DNA from: Candidatus Zixiibacteriota bacterium
GTDB taxonomy: Bacteria; Zixibacteria; MSB-5A5; GN15; FEB-12
NCBI GenBank assembly: GCA_024278935.1
Contig: JAJRSF010000007.1
Span: 66,799 to 130,798 of the forward strand
Direction of reading: 5' to 3'
DNA: 64,000 nt
The notes under the pieces are model-generated. The model had not been told where the DNA came from, made no database searches, and saw only the letters and a program-made list of their open reading frames with translations. Of the stretch, positions 47,247-57,346 are shown piece after piece. The position numbers and the translations under genes are program-made. Within the stretch, counting starts at the first letter, position 1. Every line of letters begins with the position of its first letter.

Positions 47247-47276
47247 GTTAATTTTTGTAAATCCTCTTTGAACAAT

Positions 47277-47325
47277 GACAGAACCACTAAAGGCTTACAG
47301 CCCGCAATGCGGGTTCTGCCCGCAA
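47277..47325. repeat. Degenerate/composite REP-like element
   Basis: CAGAACCACTAAAGG (half of the GTAGGGA-family element), then hairpin CCCGCaatGCGGG, then GGTTCTGCC. Confidence 0.4.
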
Positions 47326-47338
47326 TAATTATTACGTG

Positions 47339-47830
47339 TTAATATGTCGAATCTGTTTGAGTCGAATCATACATTTCAGTTTCAATTAGCTCAGTAACTA
47401 GGTCAGGGTATTTTGCAACAAGTATTTCAATAAGATTGGTCACTTCAGATGAGTCTATCTTTTTATCGGCGACAACTGTTTGAGTAAAAGAAAAAACATT
47501 GGAGATTGCTATGAATCTCAAGCTGTCTGCTAGTATATCAAGAGTTGCTGTGTCAGCATATAAGAGTATATTAAAATCATCTATCGCCTTATTGAATACA
47601 ACAGTATCGACACCCTCAAGATTACTTTCTACTAACATAACTTTGGTGGTATTAAGAGTCATCGAAGTACCATAGCGTACAACATCAGTTTTATTTTCAA
47701 TAGCGATATACACGAAAGCTCCGACCAATAAAAGTAAAGCTATTGCAACGATGATTGCAATAAGACATCCTTTGGACATACTTTTTTTCGGAGCTAGTGC
47801 CCCCATCCCTACATTGACTTCCTCTGTCAT
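47339..47830 (-). CDS. Hypothetical membrane-anchored protein
   Basis: 163 aa. One TM helix (CLIAIIVAIALLLLVGAFVYIAI). No recognised domain. Confidence 0.4.
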   Translation of the reverse strand: MTEEVNVGMGALAPKKSMSKGCLIAIIVAIALLLLVGAFVYIAIENKTDVVRYGTSMTLNTTKVMLVESNLEGVDTVVFNKAIDDFNILLYADTATLDILADSLRFIAISNVFSFTQTVVADKKIDSSEVTNLIEILVAKYPDLVTELIETEMYDSTQTDSTY

Positions 47831-47938
47831 TTAGCAACCTCACGGTAATATAAGTTATATTCAATTTTATCTTTGTTATTGATTTATAACATGATAAGGG
47901 GTGCTTTGTCAAGTAGAGGTTTAAAAAATGTCACATTT

Positions 47939-47964
47939 GTAGGGGCAGACCTACGTGTCTGCCC
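47939..47964 (+). repeat. GTAGGGGC-family REP-like element, copy 1
   Basis: GTAG GGGCAGAC CTACGT GTCTGCCC. Confidence 0.7.
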
Positions 47965-47973
47965 AAATTAAAT

Positions 47974-47999
47974 GGGCGAACACATAGGTTCGCCCCTAC
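47974..47999 (-). repeat. GTAGGGGC-family REP-like element, copy 2 (inverted)
   Basis: The reverse complement reads GTAG GGGCGAAC CTATGT GTTCGCCC. Its stem differs from copy 1 by two compensatory pairs. Confidence 0.7.
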
Positions 48000-48180
48000 A
48001 AGCTAAAGCATATAATTGTGAGAAACCCGACATACAAGTGCTGACAATAACGCCTATCAGCCAGCACCATCAATTATAGCAGATAAACAATTTTACACAA
48101 TTAACTTTATTATTCGTTTGTATTATAGCTTTGTAGCAGATAAATTAAGTTAGTCATACACTTAATGTTGGGAGTATATT

Positions 48181-49464
48181 ATGCGAATATTTTTTCTTCT
48201 ACTTATAGTATTAATTTTTAATACACAAGAAACCGATTGCAAAGATTACCTATTGAATCCATCACGAGGAATCGAGGGAATTGATATAATTATTGACACA
48301 TCAAATGTCAAAGATGTCATTGAATTATTTGGAAACAAGTACCAAACGATTAAGCAGTCTTCCTTAACTAATTTGTTTTTTGAAGATTTGGGATTAACTT
48401 TCTCTTATATGCCTCAAGACGCAAATTTTGTTATCAGAGAAATTTCAGTACAAGCTCCTTTTATTGCTCACACCTCAAATGGGATTGTCTTAGGGCAAAG
48501 TACAATGGAAAATGTTTGGGAGTTTTACAATCATAGGAGATGTTTCACTGGTTCAAATTATGCTTATAGACCACAAGAAGGAGTATCCTTTTATATAAAA
48601 CGAAAACCAAATCAAGATGGATTCGACCCTCAAGAGAAGATATTTAAAATCTCAGTAAATAATGATAATGAGGGCGGTACTCAATCAAGAATTAATTTTA
48701 GATTTAATTTGAAACCATATATAGCGAAGTTAAAGCATATAAAAACAATTCTTAGAGATTCAGAGAATTCATTGGATTCATTAAAACATTTTTTTAAATT
48801 GGATAAGATTGATGAAAACCCTGCATATCGGATTATTCATATCTCCAATCTTGAAAGAGATATAGATATTGAATTTAAGCAATATTATTATAACATTCAA
48901 ATACCACCTAGTGAATATCAAATCATTCTATTAGAAAATGATCATCAAATCATATATTCAGCTTTAAGAAAAATAGAAAAAAATTTGGATAGTTTAATTC
49001 TTGAAGTAGTAGATTATAAAAGACTTGATTCAATTATTCAATTTAGAAGAAATAATTATTATATGAGTATTGATATTCATAATCCGTTAGAATTCCCTAG
49101 TGCTTTATATGAATATGGGTATTTATGTGGTACTATAGGTACACCACCTGCAATTTGTAGAGCAATGTTAGAACTTGTACAAGCTAATGATTACAATGCA
49201 TTAAAAAAATGGTTACAATCTATGAATCCTGAGATTCAGGCTTATGGGTATACAGGCTTGGTTTTTCTAAGTTATAATGGGTTAGATTTATCTGATGACG
49301 ACAAACTTACTATGGATAAAGTAATTAATTCTAAAAGAGATATTAATACCTGCCAAGGGTGGACTCAGGGTGGTATGGTGAGGGTTGATACTCTTCTAAA
49401 TGATAATGTGCTAAAGGCTAATTACGAAGGCTTCAAAGCTCATGGATGGTTAAAGGGGAAATAG
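48181..49464 (+). CDS. Hypothetical secreted protein (orphan; AT-rich)
   Basis: 427-aa ORF with an N-terminal hydrophobic signal-like segment MRIFFLLLIVLIFNTQ. No recognisable family. Flanked by REP-like elements. Confidence 0.45.
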   Translation: MRIFFLLLIVLIFNTQETDCKDYLLNPSRGIEGIDIIIDTSNVKDVIELFGNKYQTIKQSSLTNLFFEDLGLTFSYMPQDANFVIREISVQAPFIAHTSNGIVLGQSTMENVWEFYNHRRCFTGSNYAYRPQEGVSFYIKRKPNQDGFDPQEKIFKISVNNDNEGGTQSRINFRFNLKPYIAKLKHIKTILRDSENSLDSLKHFFKLDKIDENPAYRIIHISNLERDIDIEFKQYYYNIQIPPSEYQIILLENDHQIIYSALRKIEKNLDSLILEVVDYKRLDSIIQFRRNNYYMSIDIHNPLEFPSALYEYGYLCGTIGTPPAICRAMLELVQANDYNALKKWLQSMNPEIQAYGYTGLVFLSYNGLDLSDDDKLTMDKVINSKRDINTCQGWTQGGMVRVDTLLNDNVLKANYEGFKAHGWLKGK

Positions 49465-49533
49465 TGAACATTGTTCTCCTCTTATCGATCTCTTGAGAAT
49501 ATTTCGATACAGTATAAAAATTCTCACAAAAAA

Positions 49534-49555
49534 ACCCGCTATTGCTAGCGGGTTT
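49534..49555. terminator. Bidirectional rho-independent terminator between the 48181-49464 gene and rplQ
   Basis: A7, CCCGCTattgctAGCGGG, TTTTAATTTTT. Confidence 0.6.
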
Positions 49556-49573
49556 TAATTTTTATATATGATA

Positions 49574-49596
49574 TCGGACATGAATGTCCGACCTAC
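49574..49596 (-). repeat. GTAG-headed REP-like hairpin
   Basis: The reverse complement reads GTAGG TCGGACAT tca TGTCCGA. Confidence 0.55.
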
Positions 49597-49636
49597 CGAT
49601 GGAAATAAAAACCACCGACAGCAACAATCACAAAGG

Positions 49637-50164
49637 CTATTTGTTCTTAGTCGAAGGAGCGGAGCTACCTTTACCGGCAGCTTTAGATACTGTTTTTGCA
49701 GTGCTCTTAGGAGCCTTCGATTTTGGAGCTGTTGATTTTGCTGGAGCAGAATCAGTTGATTTGGCTTTTTTAGATTTCTTGCCTTTATCATCTGTTTCTT
49801 CGACCACTTTTTCAGTTAGTAATTCAACAACAGAAATAGGGGCTCCATCACCACGTCTGACACCGAGCTTTACAACACGAGTAAATCCTGATGTACGGGC
49901 AGTAAACTGAGGGATGATTTCAGCGAACAACTTTTTAAATACTTCTTTGTTATTGATCGTACGGGCGACCATTCTTTTAGCGTGAAGTGTGTCAGCTTTA
50001 CCAGTTGCGATTAAACGATCGACTAATGGTTTGAGTGCTTTTGCTTTTGCATCAGTCGTTTTGATAAGTCTGTGCGTAAACAAAGACATGGCCATGTTGG
50101 CAAGCATCGCTTCACGATGTGGTTTGGTACGTCCTAATTTTTTTACTTTGTCTCGATGTCCCAT
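49637..50164 (-). CDS. rplQ: 50S ribosomal protein L17 with a Lys/Ala/Ser-rich C-terminal extension
   Basis: MGHRDKVKKLGRTKPHREAML... L17 core. About 55 extra C-terminal residues (KGKKSKKAKSTDSAPAKSTAPKSKAPKS...). Confidence 0.92.
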   Translation of the reverse strand: MGHRDKVKKLGRTKPHREAMLANMAMSLFTHRLIKTTDAKAKALKPLVDRLIATGKADTLHAKRMVARTINNKEVFKKLFAEIIPQFTARTSGFTRVVKLGVRRGDGAPISVVELLTEKVVEETDDKGKKSKKAKSTDSAPAKSTAPKSKAPKSTAKTVSKAAGKGSSAPSTKNK

Positions 50165-50176
50165 AGTATTCTCGTA

Positions 50177-51160
50177 TTATTTCTTTTGCGGTTCTATATA
50201 TTGAGAGATGTCCATTCCCCAGGAAAGGTCCATTTCTTCTAATATAGCGCCGATTTCATTTAAAGATTTACGTCCGAAGTTTCTATATTTCAGCATTTCA
50301 CTCTCTGTTTTAGTTACCATTTCTTCAATAGATTGAATATTGGCAGCTCTTAAACAGTTAGATGAGCGGACAGAAAGTTCTAATTCATCTACACGCATTT
50401 TCAGCATATTACGGACACGAACAATATTTTCATCTTCTTCAGGTTCTTCCTCGATAAGTATCTCTTCATCAAGATTTATAAAGATTTGGAGATGGTCTTT
50501 TAAAAGTTTAGCTCCAAAGCTAAGTGCATCTTCAGGTGTTAAAGAACCGTCGGTCGTAATTTCAAAAACTAATAAATCAAAATCAGTTTTTTGACCAACA
50601 CGAGTATTTTCAACAGAGTAAGAAATTTTTACAATAGGAGAAAATAGAGAATCTACAAAGATAGTACCTGCGGGTGCATCAGGGCGTTTATTCCCCTCAG
50701 CGACAACATAGCTACGCCCAGCGTCAACATCAATTTCCATTTCGAAATCGATATCGTCGGTTAGTTCGCAAATATGTAAATCCGGGTTCAGGATTTCTAC
50801 TTCAGAATCAGACTCAAACATACCGGCAGTAATCTTTTGTTTACCGGATACTTTGAGACGAATCGTACGCATTTCATCTGCATGCAGACAAACACGAATA
50901 GCTTTGACATTTAAAACGATATTAGCAACGTCTTCATATAATCCATCAAGAGTAGAGAATTCATGCAGAACGCCATTAATACGCATTGATACAACGGCAG
51001 CACCCTGTATAGACGACAGTAGAACTCGTCTGAGAGAGTTACCTAATGTATTACCAAAGCCTCTTTCGAGAGGTTCGATAACAAAGCGTGAATAGTTTTC
51101 AGTTGCCAAATTTTGGTCATTTACGACCTCTTTGGGCATTGCTAAAGGCTTCCATTTCAT
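50177..51160 (-). CDS. rpoA: DNA-directed RNA polymerase subunit alpha
   Basis: 327 aa. FVIEPLERGFGNTLGNSLRRVLLSS; C-terminal domain ELELSVRSSNCLRAANI. Confidence 0.95.
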   Translation of the reverse strand: MKWKPLAMPKEVVNDQNLATENYSRFVIEPLERGFGNTLGNSLRRVLLSSIQGAAVVSMRINGVLHEFSTLDGLYEDVANIVLNVKAIRVCLHADEMRTIRLKVSGKQKITAGMFESDSEVEILNPDLHICELTDDIDFEMEIDVDAGRSYVVAEGNKRPDAPAGTIFVDSLFSPIVKISYSVENTRVGQKTDFDLLVFEITTDGSLTPEDALSFGAKLLKDHLQIFINLDEEILIEEEPEEDENIVRVRNMLKMRVDELELSVRSSNCLRAANIQSIEEMVTKTESEMLKYRNFGRKSLNEIGAILEEMDLSWGMDISQYIEPQKK

Positions 51161-51183
51161 ATTCTAACAAATCCTCCCAAGTT

Positions 51184-51813
51184 TTACTTGGAGTAAAGCT
51201 CGACAACTAATTGTTCATTCGCTGTAAGCGGGATTTCTGAGCGTTTTGGAATTTCCAAAAGCTCACCTTCAAGTGCGGCTTTGTTTAATCTTATCCATGC
51301 GATATCATCGCCACGACCAACTTCTTTTAATGCAGAGTGAACTAGTTCGAGATTTTTTGATTTATCTTTAATCTTGATCACTTGATTAGGTTTTACTTGA
51401 TATGATGGAATATCAACAAGCCCACCATTGATCAAGATATGTCTATGCCTGATTAGCTGACGTGCAGATTTACGTGAAGGTGCAAAACCTAAACGAAAAA
51501 CTATATTATCAAGTCTAGTTTCTAGCATTTGAATCAAGTTTTCACCGGTAATTCCGGTTTTATTATCCGCATGTACATAGTAGTTATGGAATTGTTTTTC
51601 CAGAACACCATATATCCGGCGAATTTTCTGTTTTTCCCTAAGCTGTATTCCGTATGCGGATACTTTGCGTAGCATGTTCTGACCATGTTGACCAGGAGCA
51701 TATTTACGACGCTCCACGCCACATTTGTCAGTGAAACAGCGAGTACCCTTTAAAAAGAGCTTTTCGCCTTCACGTCGGCAAAGTTTACAGTTAGCGGCAG
51801 TATAACGAGCCAT
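51184..51813 (-). CDS. rpsD: 30S ribosomal protein S4
   Basis: 209 aa. MARYTAANCKLCRREGEKLFLKG... Confidence 0.95.
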   Translation of the reverse strand: MARYTAANCKLCRREGEKLFLKGTRCFTDKCGVERRKYAPGQHGQNMLRKVSAYGIQLREKQKIRRIYGVLEKQFHNYYVHADNKTGITGENLIQMLETRLDNIVFRLGFAPSRKSARQLIRHRHILINGGLVDIPSYQVKPNQVIKIKDKSKNLELVHSALKEVGRGDDIAWIRLNKAALEGELLEIPKRSEIPLTANEQLVVELYSK

Positions 51814-51853
51814 TCAAAATCCTCAATTTATTACAAACATTTTTTTTTCAAAC

Positions 51854-52246
51854 TTAAACACGACGACGTTTTGGTGGACGGCAACCATTATGCGGAATTG
51901 GTGTCACATCTTTAATAAGATTGATATCCAATCCGGCAGCAGATAAGGCGCGAATAGCTGCTTCACGACCAGATCCAGGACCTTTCACCCAAACTTCGAC
52001 TTTTTTCAAACCCATATCCATTGCTTCTTTTGCGGCGGCAGATGCAGCCAACTGTGCGGCGAATGGAGTGGATTTTTTAGAACCCTTGAAACCAACTTTA
52101 CCGGCAGTTCCCCATGAAATGGTTTTGCCAATAGTATCAGTTATGGTAATATGCGTATTGTTAAAACTAGCTTTGATGTGAGCCACACCAAGTGCTTCAA
52201 CTTTACGCGATTTTTTCTTACCGCGTTTTTTCTTAGGATCAGCCAC
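51854..52246 (-). CDS. rpsK: 30S ribosomal protein S11
   Basis: 130 aa. [18 protein letters not shown]...; GTG start. Confidence 0.95.
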   Translation of the reverse strand: MADPKKKRGKKKSRKVEALGVAHIKASFNNTHITITDTIGKTISWGTAGKVGFKGSKKSTPFAAQLAASAAAKEAMDMGLKKVEVWVKGPGSGREAAIRALSAAGLDINLIKDVTPIPHNGCRPPKRRRV

Positions 52247-52287
52247 TTATAAAATAACCTCAATAGTTAAAGTAATGTACATCTTCT

Positions 52288-52659
52288 TTACTTCTTGTTT
52301 AATCCGCCGATAGATTTCTTTGGACCTTTACGTGTGCGAGCATTCGTCTTGGTACGTTGTCCCCTAAGAGGGAGACCTCGTCGATGACGCAAACCACGAT
52401 AAGAACCTATATCCATCAAACGCTTGATGTTCATTGAAACCATGCCGCGCAGAGTACCTTCAACATCGTACTCATTTTCAATGACCGCCCGTAACTTGGC
52501 GACTTCATCATCAGTTAATTTATTAACCCGAGTATTCGGATCAATTTGAGTTTTGATCAGTATTTGTGTTGAACTGTGAGGTCCAATACCAAAGATATAT
52601 CTTAAACCGATTTCAACTCTTTTTTCTCTTGGTAGATCAACACCGGCAATACGAGCCAA
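52288..52659 (-). CDS. rpsM: 30S ribosomal protein S13
   Basis: 123 aa. (M)[25 protein letters not shown]; TTG start 7 nt after AAAGGAG. Confidence 0.95.
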   Translation of the reverse strand: MARIAGVDLPREKRVEIGLRYIFGIGPHSSTQILIKTQIDPNTRVNKLTDDEVAKLRAVIENEYDVEGTLRGMVSMNIKRLMDIGSYRGLRHRRGLPLRGQRTKTNARTRKGPKKSIGGLNKK

Positions 52660-52697
52660 TTCTGAACTCCTTTATTTTAAAAGACTATTTATATTTA

Positions 52698-52814
52698 TCA
52701 ACCTTGACGTTGTTTGTGTGACGGGTTCTTTGAGCAAATCACTCTTAAGATACCATGTCTCTTAATAATTTTACAAAACTCACAACGTTTTTTTAACGCA
52801 GATTTAACTTTCAT
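52698..52814 (-). CDS. rpmJ: 50S ribosomal protein L36
   Basis: Not in the ORF track (too short). My translation is [38 protein letters not shown], 38 aa, with a C-x2-C...C...H zinc ribbon. Confidence 0.9.
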   Translation of the reverse strand: MKVKSALKKRCEFCKIIKRHGILRVICSKNPSHKQRQG

Positions 52815-52834
52815 TTCAATCCTGCTTTCAACTT

Positions 52835-53053
52835 CTATTTGTATCTATATGTTATACGACCTCTAGTTAAATCATATGGAGATAATTCCATAGTAACTTT
52901 ATCACCAGGCAGTATTTTAATAAAATGCATTCTCATCTTACCGGAAATATGAGCGAGAATAACATGTCCGTTATCCAATTCAACTTTAAACATCGCATTC
53001 GGTAGAGTCTCTACGACTTTGCCTTCAACTGTAATCGTTTCTTCTTTAGCCAT
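52835..53053 (-). CDS. infA: Translation initiation factor IF-1
   Basis: 72 aa. [41 protein letters not shown]... Confidence 0.95.
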   Translation of the reverse strand: MAKEETITVEGKVVETLPNAMFKVELDNGHVILAHISGKMRMHFIKILPGDKVTMELSPYDLTRGRITYRYK

Positions 53054-53059
53054 ACATTC

Positions 53060-53806
53060 CTATAACACGGTTAAAATGTCCGGACCATTTTCAGTAATCG
53101 CAACAGTATGCTCAAAGTGAGCTGATGGTAATCCATCTGCTGTGACGATTGTCCAACCATCCGGCAATGTTTTCACATGGTACGTTCCACAATTAATCAT
53201 AGGTTCTATTGCTATTACCATTCCGGTCTTTAAAACAGGACCTTCATTAACAGAACCATAGTTGGGTACTTGTGGATCTTCGTGCATATTTCGACCGATC
53301 CCATGACCGACCAATTGACGCACAACACCATATCCATTTTCTTCAGCGACCTTTTGGACCGCTGCGGAAATTTGTCCTAATTTATTACCATTTCTGGCTT
53401 TGTCAATACCTGCGAGCAAAGATTTTTCAGTTATTTCCATTAATTGCTGTTTTTCTTCAGAAATTTCGCCAATTGCGAAGGTTTTCGCGGAATCTCCATA
53501 AAAACCGTTCAAAATTGAGCCAATATCAACGGAAACAATATCGCCGGATTGAATAATTCTCTCACCGGGAATACCATGAACAACCTCTTCATTTATTGAA
53601 ATACATGCCGAAGCAGGAAAACCGTGATAGCCTTTAAAAGCAGGAACTGAATCATTTGAACGGATAGACTCTTCAACTAAAGCATCTAGTTTTGCAGTAG
53701 TCATCCCCTCTTTGATCTCTTGACCGACCATTGCCAAAGCTTCGGCAACGATACGTCCGGCGGACCGCATGATTTCAATTTCTTCTTTTGTCTTTAACTT
53801 AATCAC
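53060..53806 (-). CDS. map: Type I methionine aminopeptidase
   Basis: 248 aa. VCHGIP-like EEVVHGIPG, DIVSVD, HGIG, IEPM, EHTV. GTG start. Confidence 0.93.
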   Translation of the reverse strand: MIKLKTKEEIEIMRSAGRIVAEALAMVGQEIKEGMTTAKLDALVEESIRSNDSVPAFKGYHGFPASACISINEEVVHGIPGERIIQSGDIVSVDIGSILNGFYGDSAKTFAIGEISEEKQQLMEITEKSLLAGIDKARNGNKLGQISAAVQKVAEENGYGVVRQLVGHGIGRNMHEDPQVPNYGSVNEGPVLKTGMVIAIEPMINCGTYHVKTLPDGWTIVTADGLPSAHFEHTVAITENGPDILTVL

Positions 53807-53811
53807 GTTTT

Positions 53812-54458
53812 TTATTGTATTTCACTTAAAATAGATTTAAATACTTCATTAGGATCTCTGTCAGCATTAATTTCAGCTAAGAGAGATTCATTTCTATAAT
53901 AATCAATAATCGGTTTTGTTTGAACATGATAGATATCAAGTCGATATCTGACGACATTTTCTTCATCATCATGTCTAATAATTAAATCCGTATTATCGTT
54001 ATCACATTTTCCTTCAACTTGTGGTCTCATGCTTTCAACTCGAACATTAAATGTTGTTTGGCAAGTCGGACAAAATCTCCGACCAGACATACGAGTTACA
54101 ATAGTATCATCGTCAACTTCTAAACTGATAGCTTTGTCAAGAACCACATTTACATCAACAAGCATTTTTTTAACGCATCAGCTTGCGGAATTGTTCTTGG
54201 AAAGCCATCTAAAATAAACCCTTTAGACAACTGTCCAGAGTTAATTTTGTTTTGAATCATTCCAACAATAAGTTCATCAGGAACTAGTTCACCTTTCACA
54301 AGGAAAGCTTCCGCTTTATGTCCAAGTTCGGTTTTGTTATTTACCGCATCTCTTAAAAGATCTCCGGTAGATAAATGTTTTAACCCGAACTTTTCAGAAA
54401 GTCTCTTCGCTTGAGTACCTTTACCAGACCCCGGAGGGCCCAAAAAAACCAAGTTCAT
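53812..54458 (-). CDS. adk: Adenylate kinase, split as written by a 1-nt deficit in a poly-A run (54165-54171)
   Basis: ORFs 54150-54458 (GPPGSGKGTQ P-loop ...FPRTIPQADALKK) and 53812-54165 (MLVDVNVVLDKAISLEVDDD...SGRRFCPTC...CDND lid) join as ...ADALKKMLVDV... if A7 is read as A8. Confidence 0.85.
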
Positions 54459-54460
54459 AC

Positions 54461-55774
54461 TTACATTGATCTCCCGCGGATTTTACCTTTTTTCATAAAG
54501 CCGTCGTAGTGACGCATCATAAGATGTGATTCAATTTGTTGTAACGTATCCAAAGCAACACCGACAATAATCAAAAGTCCGGTACCACCAAAGAAGAAGT
54601 TAACATTTAATTGAGAAATCAATACCCAAGGTAAAACTGCGATAGCAGCAAAGAATATTGCACCCGGTAAAGTAATACGGGTCAAGATTCCTTCAATGTA
54701 TTGAGAGGTGTTTTTACCCGGACGTATACCCGGAATATATCCACCATTTTTACGCATATTATCAGCAATTTCCATTGGATTGAACACAATCGCAGTATAG
54801 AAATAACCAAAGAAAACAATAATCAAACCATATATAATCGAATATGCCCATCCACCCGGAGCAAGCCAGACCGCAACCAGATTTTGAATCCAATCGGTTT
54901 CAGGAAAGAGCTGCGCTACTGTTGATGGCAGGAACATAATTGATTGAGCAAAGATAATTGGAATAACACCTGCAGAGTTTACAGACAAAGGTAAGTGAGT
55001 CTGTTGACCACCGAAGACTTTTCTTCCAACAACTTTTCTTGGATACTGTACAGGGATCTTTCGTTGAGCTCTTGTTACAATAATAACAGCAGCAATAACA
55101 GCAATCATTGTACCGACCATAACCATTTCAACTAAAATTGATCTGGAACCAAACCAAAGCATTTGAACTTCCTGAACTACAGCTTCCGGGAACCTTGCGA
55201 TAATCCCGATAAAAATAATCAGAGAGATACCATTACCAATACCTTTTTCAGTTATCTGTTCACCAAGATACATGATGAAAATACAACCTGCGGTAAAGGT
55301 AAGAATTGTCAGTGGAATGAACCAGACGGTATCCATGTACACAGCAGAAACACCACTCGTGTTTGTGATAGTAGTTAAGAACCCGGCAGTACCCCATGCT
55401 TGGAGCATCGCAATTAAAACAGTTAAGTAACGAGTGTATTGAGTAATCTTGCGACGACCCTCTTCTCCTTCACGTTGCAGTCTTTGTAAGAACGGAATAA
55501 CCGCACCTAGAAGCTGTAACATAATTGATGCGGAGATGTACGGCATAATACCTAAGGCAAAGATTGTGGCTTTAGCAAAAGCACCACCAGCAAACATGTC
55601 TAAAAGACTAAAAATCGAATCACCTTGACCAAAGAACTGAGAAAGAACGGCACCGTCAACACCCGGAGTCGGGACATGACCACCGATACGATAGACAATA
55701 AGAATACCTAGCGTAAATAAAATTCTTTTTCTGAGTTCTTCGACTTTAAAAATCGACTTAAAAGTTTCAAACAC
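54461..55774 (-). CDS. secY: Preprotein translocase subunit SecY
   Basis: 437 aa, polytopic. LRKRILFTLGILIVYRIGGHVPTPGV; GTG start overlapping the rplO stop. Confidence 0.95.
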   Translation of the reverse strand: MFETFKSIFKVEELRKRILFTLGILIVYRIGGHVPTPGVDGAVLSQFFGQGDSIFSLLDMFAGGAFAKATIFALGIMPYISASIMLQLLGAVIPFLQRLQREGEEGRRKITQYTRYLTVLIAMLQAWGTAGFLTTITNTSGVSAVYMDTVWFIPLTILTFTAGCIFIMYLGEQITEKGIGNGISLIIFIGIIARFPEAVVQEVQMLWFGSRSILVEMVMVGTMIAVIAAVIIVTRAQRKIPVQYPRKVVGRKVFGGQQTHLPLSVNSAGVIPIIFAQSIMFLPSTVAQLFPETDWIQNLVAVWLAPGGWAYSIIYGLIIVFFGYFYTAIVFNPMEIADNMRKNGGYIPGIRPGKNTSQYIEGILTRITLPGAIFFAAIAVLPWVLISQLNVNFFFGGTGLLIIVGVALDTLQQIESHLMMRHYDGFMKKGKIRGRSM

Positions 55775-56211
55775 TAAACCACCTCGGCTTTTCCGCCGGC
55801 AGCATTTATTTTTTCAATAGCCGACTTGGAGAAAGCGTTCGCCTTAACAGTATAAGCTTTGTCAATTGCACCGTTACCTAAAATCTTAACAGGTACATTT
55901 GGTTTACGGACAAGTCCGCATTTTAAAAGAGTTTCGTGAGTAATTTCACCTGGTTCGCAACGAAGCAAGTCAGTGACATTCACAATTTGAAATTCTTTTT
56001 TAAATATATTAGTAAATCCATGCTTTGGTACACGACGTTGTAGTGGCATTTGTCCACCTTCAAAACCGATTTTACGACTCCAACCGGATCTTGATTTTTG
56101 TCCACCGTGTCCACGGCCGGAAGTTTTACCTTTACCAGAGCCAGAACCACGACCAACGCGTTTGCGATTTTTGGTCGAACCTTCAGCTGGTTGTAATGTA
56201 TGTAGTTCCAT
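55774..56211 (-). CDS. rplO: 50S ribosomal protein L15
   Basis: [44 protein letters not shown] prefer the ATG at 56211; the ORF-track extension to 56241 overlaps rpmD. Confidence 0.93.
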   Translation of the reverse strand: MELHTLQPAEGSTKNRKRVGRGSGSGKGKTSGRGHGGQKSRSGWSRKIGFEGGQMPLQRRVPKHGFTNIFKKEFQIVNVTDLLRCEPGEITHETLLKCGLVRKPNVPVKILGNGAIDKAYTVKANAFSKSAIEKINAAGGKAEVV

Positions 56212-56224
56212 AATAACCTCTATC

Positions 56225-56407
56225 CTAATCGATCTCTTCAACAGTGATCAGATGTGCCACGGCATTAATCATACCACGGATCTGTGGAGTATCATTGTGT
56301 ACAACAGTTTTTCTAATTCGACCTAAGCCGAGAGCTATGATAGTTCTCTTCTGAGGTTCTTTTCTATCAATTGTACTTTTAACTTGTGTAATTTTAAACT
56401 TAGACAT
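56225..56407 (-). CDS. rpmD: 50S ribosomal protein L30
   Basis: 60 aa. [27 protein letters not shown]. Confidence 0.92.
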   Translation of the reverse strand: MSKFKITQVKSTIDRKEPQKRTIIALGLGRIRKTVVHNDTPQIRGMINAVAHLITVEEID

Positions 56408-56433
56408 TTTAATAACCTTTCCGCCTTAAGCGT

Positions 56434-56916
56434 TTACTCTTCGCGGAATTTCATTTGTTGTTCATGAGTTTGCAGTTCTATAAGACCCTGTAATGTTGCT
56501 TTCACAACATTGTTTGGGTTTCTGCTCCCAATCACTTTAGTTAGAATATCCTGTACACCTAATGATTCCAAAATCACCCGTACAGCACCACCAGCAATAA
56601 CTCCGGTACCCGGAGAAGCAGGGCGCATCATAACGGTAGTTGCGGAGAACTTTCCGTTGATACGGTGAGGAATAGTACCTCTCACGAGTGAGATACTGGT
56701 CATAGTTTTTTTCGCAGAATCAGTTGCTTTGCGTATAGCTTCTGAAACTTCAGGAGCTTTACCGTGACCGATTCCAATTTTACCTTTTTTATCACCGACA
56801 GCAACAAGAGCGGTAAAACTAAACCGTCGTCCACCTTTAACAACTTTGGCAACGCGGTTGATGTGTACTACTCGTTCTTCAAATTCGCTTTTTTCAGCTT
56901 CGTACTTAGCCACCAA
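56434..56916 (-). CDS. rpsE: 30S ribosomal protein S5
   Basis: 160 aa. [24 protein letters not shown]. Confidence 0.95.
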   Translation of the reverse strand: MVAKYEAEKSEFEERVVHINRVAKVVKGGRRFSFTALVAVGDKKGKIGIGHGKAPEVSEAIRKATDSAKKTMTSISLVRGTIPHRINGKFSATTVMMRPASPGTGVIAGGAVRVILESLGVQDILTKVIGSRNPNNVVKATLQGLIELQTHEQQMKFREE

Positions 56917-56945
56917 GACCTCTTATTTTTTAATATTATTTATCA

Positions 56946-57320
56946 TTATAATTTTAACCCACCTTTACGGGCGCCATCGGCAACAGCTTTGACCCGACCG
57001 TGGTAACGAGAAACATTTTTATCGAAAACAACCTGCGTAATCCCTTTTTCCAAAGCAACTTTTGCAATCACTTTACCTACTGTGAAAGCTTGAGAAGTTT
57101 TGTTCATATCATCTTTTATTTCAGATTCTACGTTTTTGGAATTGGTTGCCGCTGAAGCTAAAGTTACTCTGTTGATATCATCTATAACTTGTACATAGAT
57201 ATTTTTCAGAGATTTTGCTACAGTCAGACGCGGTACGCTTGCTGTGCCGGATACTTTCCCCCGAACACGCATACGACGTCTTTTCGCTTTGACACCTTTG
57301 ACAACATTTTTATCAGCCAT
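56946..57320 (-). CDS. rplR: 50S ribosomal protein L18
   Basis: 124 aa. [19 protein letters not shown]...[17 protein letters not shown]. Confidence 0.95.
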   Translation of the reverse strand: MADKNVVKGVKAKRRRMRVRGKVSGTASVPRLTVAKSLKNIYVQVIDDINRVTLASAATNSKNVESEIKDDMNKTSQAFTVGKVIAKVALEKGITQVVFDKNVSRYHGRVKAVADGARKGGLKL

Positions 57321-57346
57321 AATTTTTTACACCAATACTTTATTTA

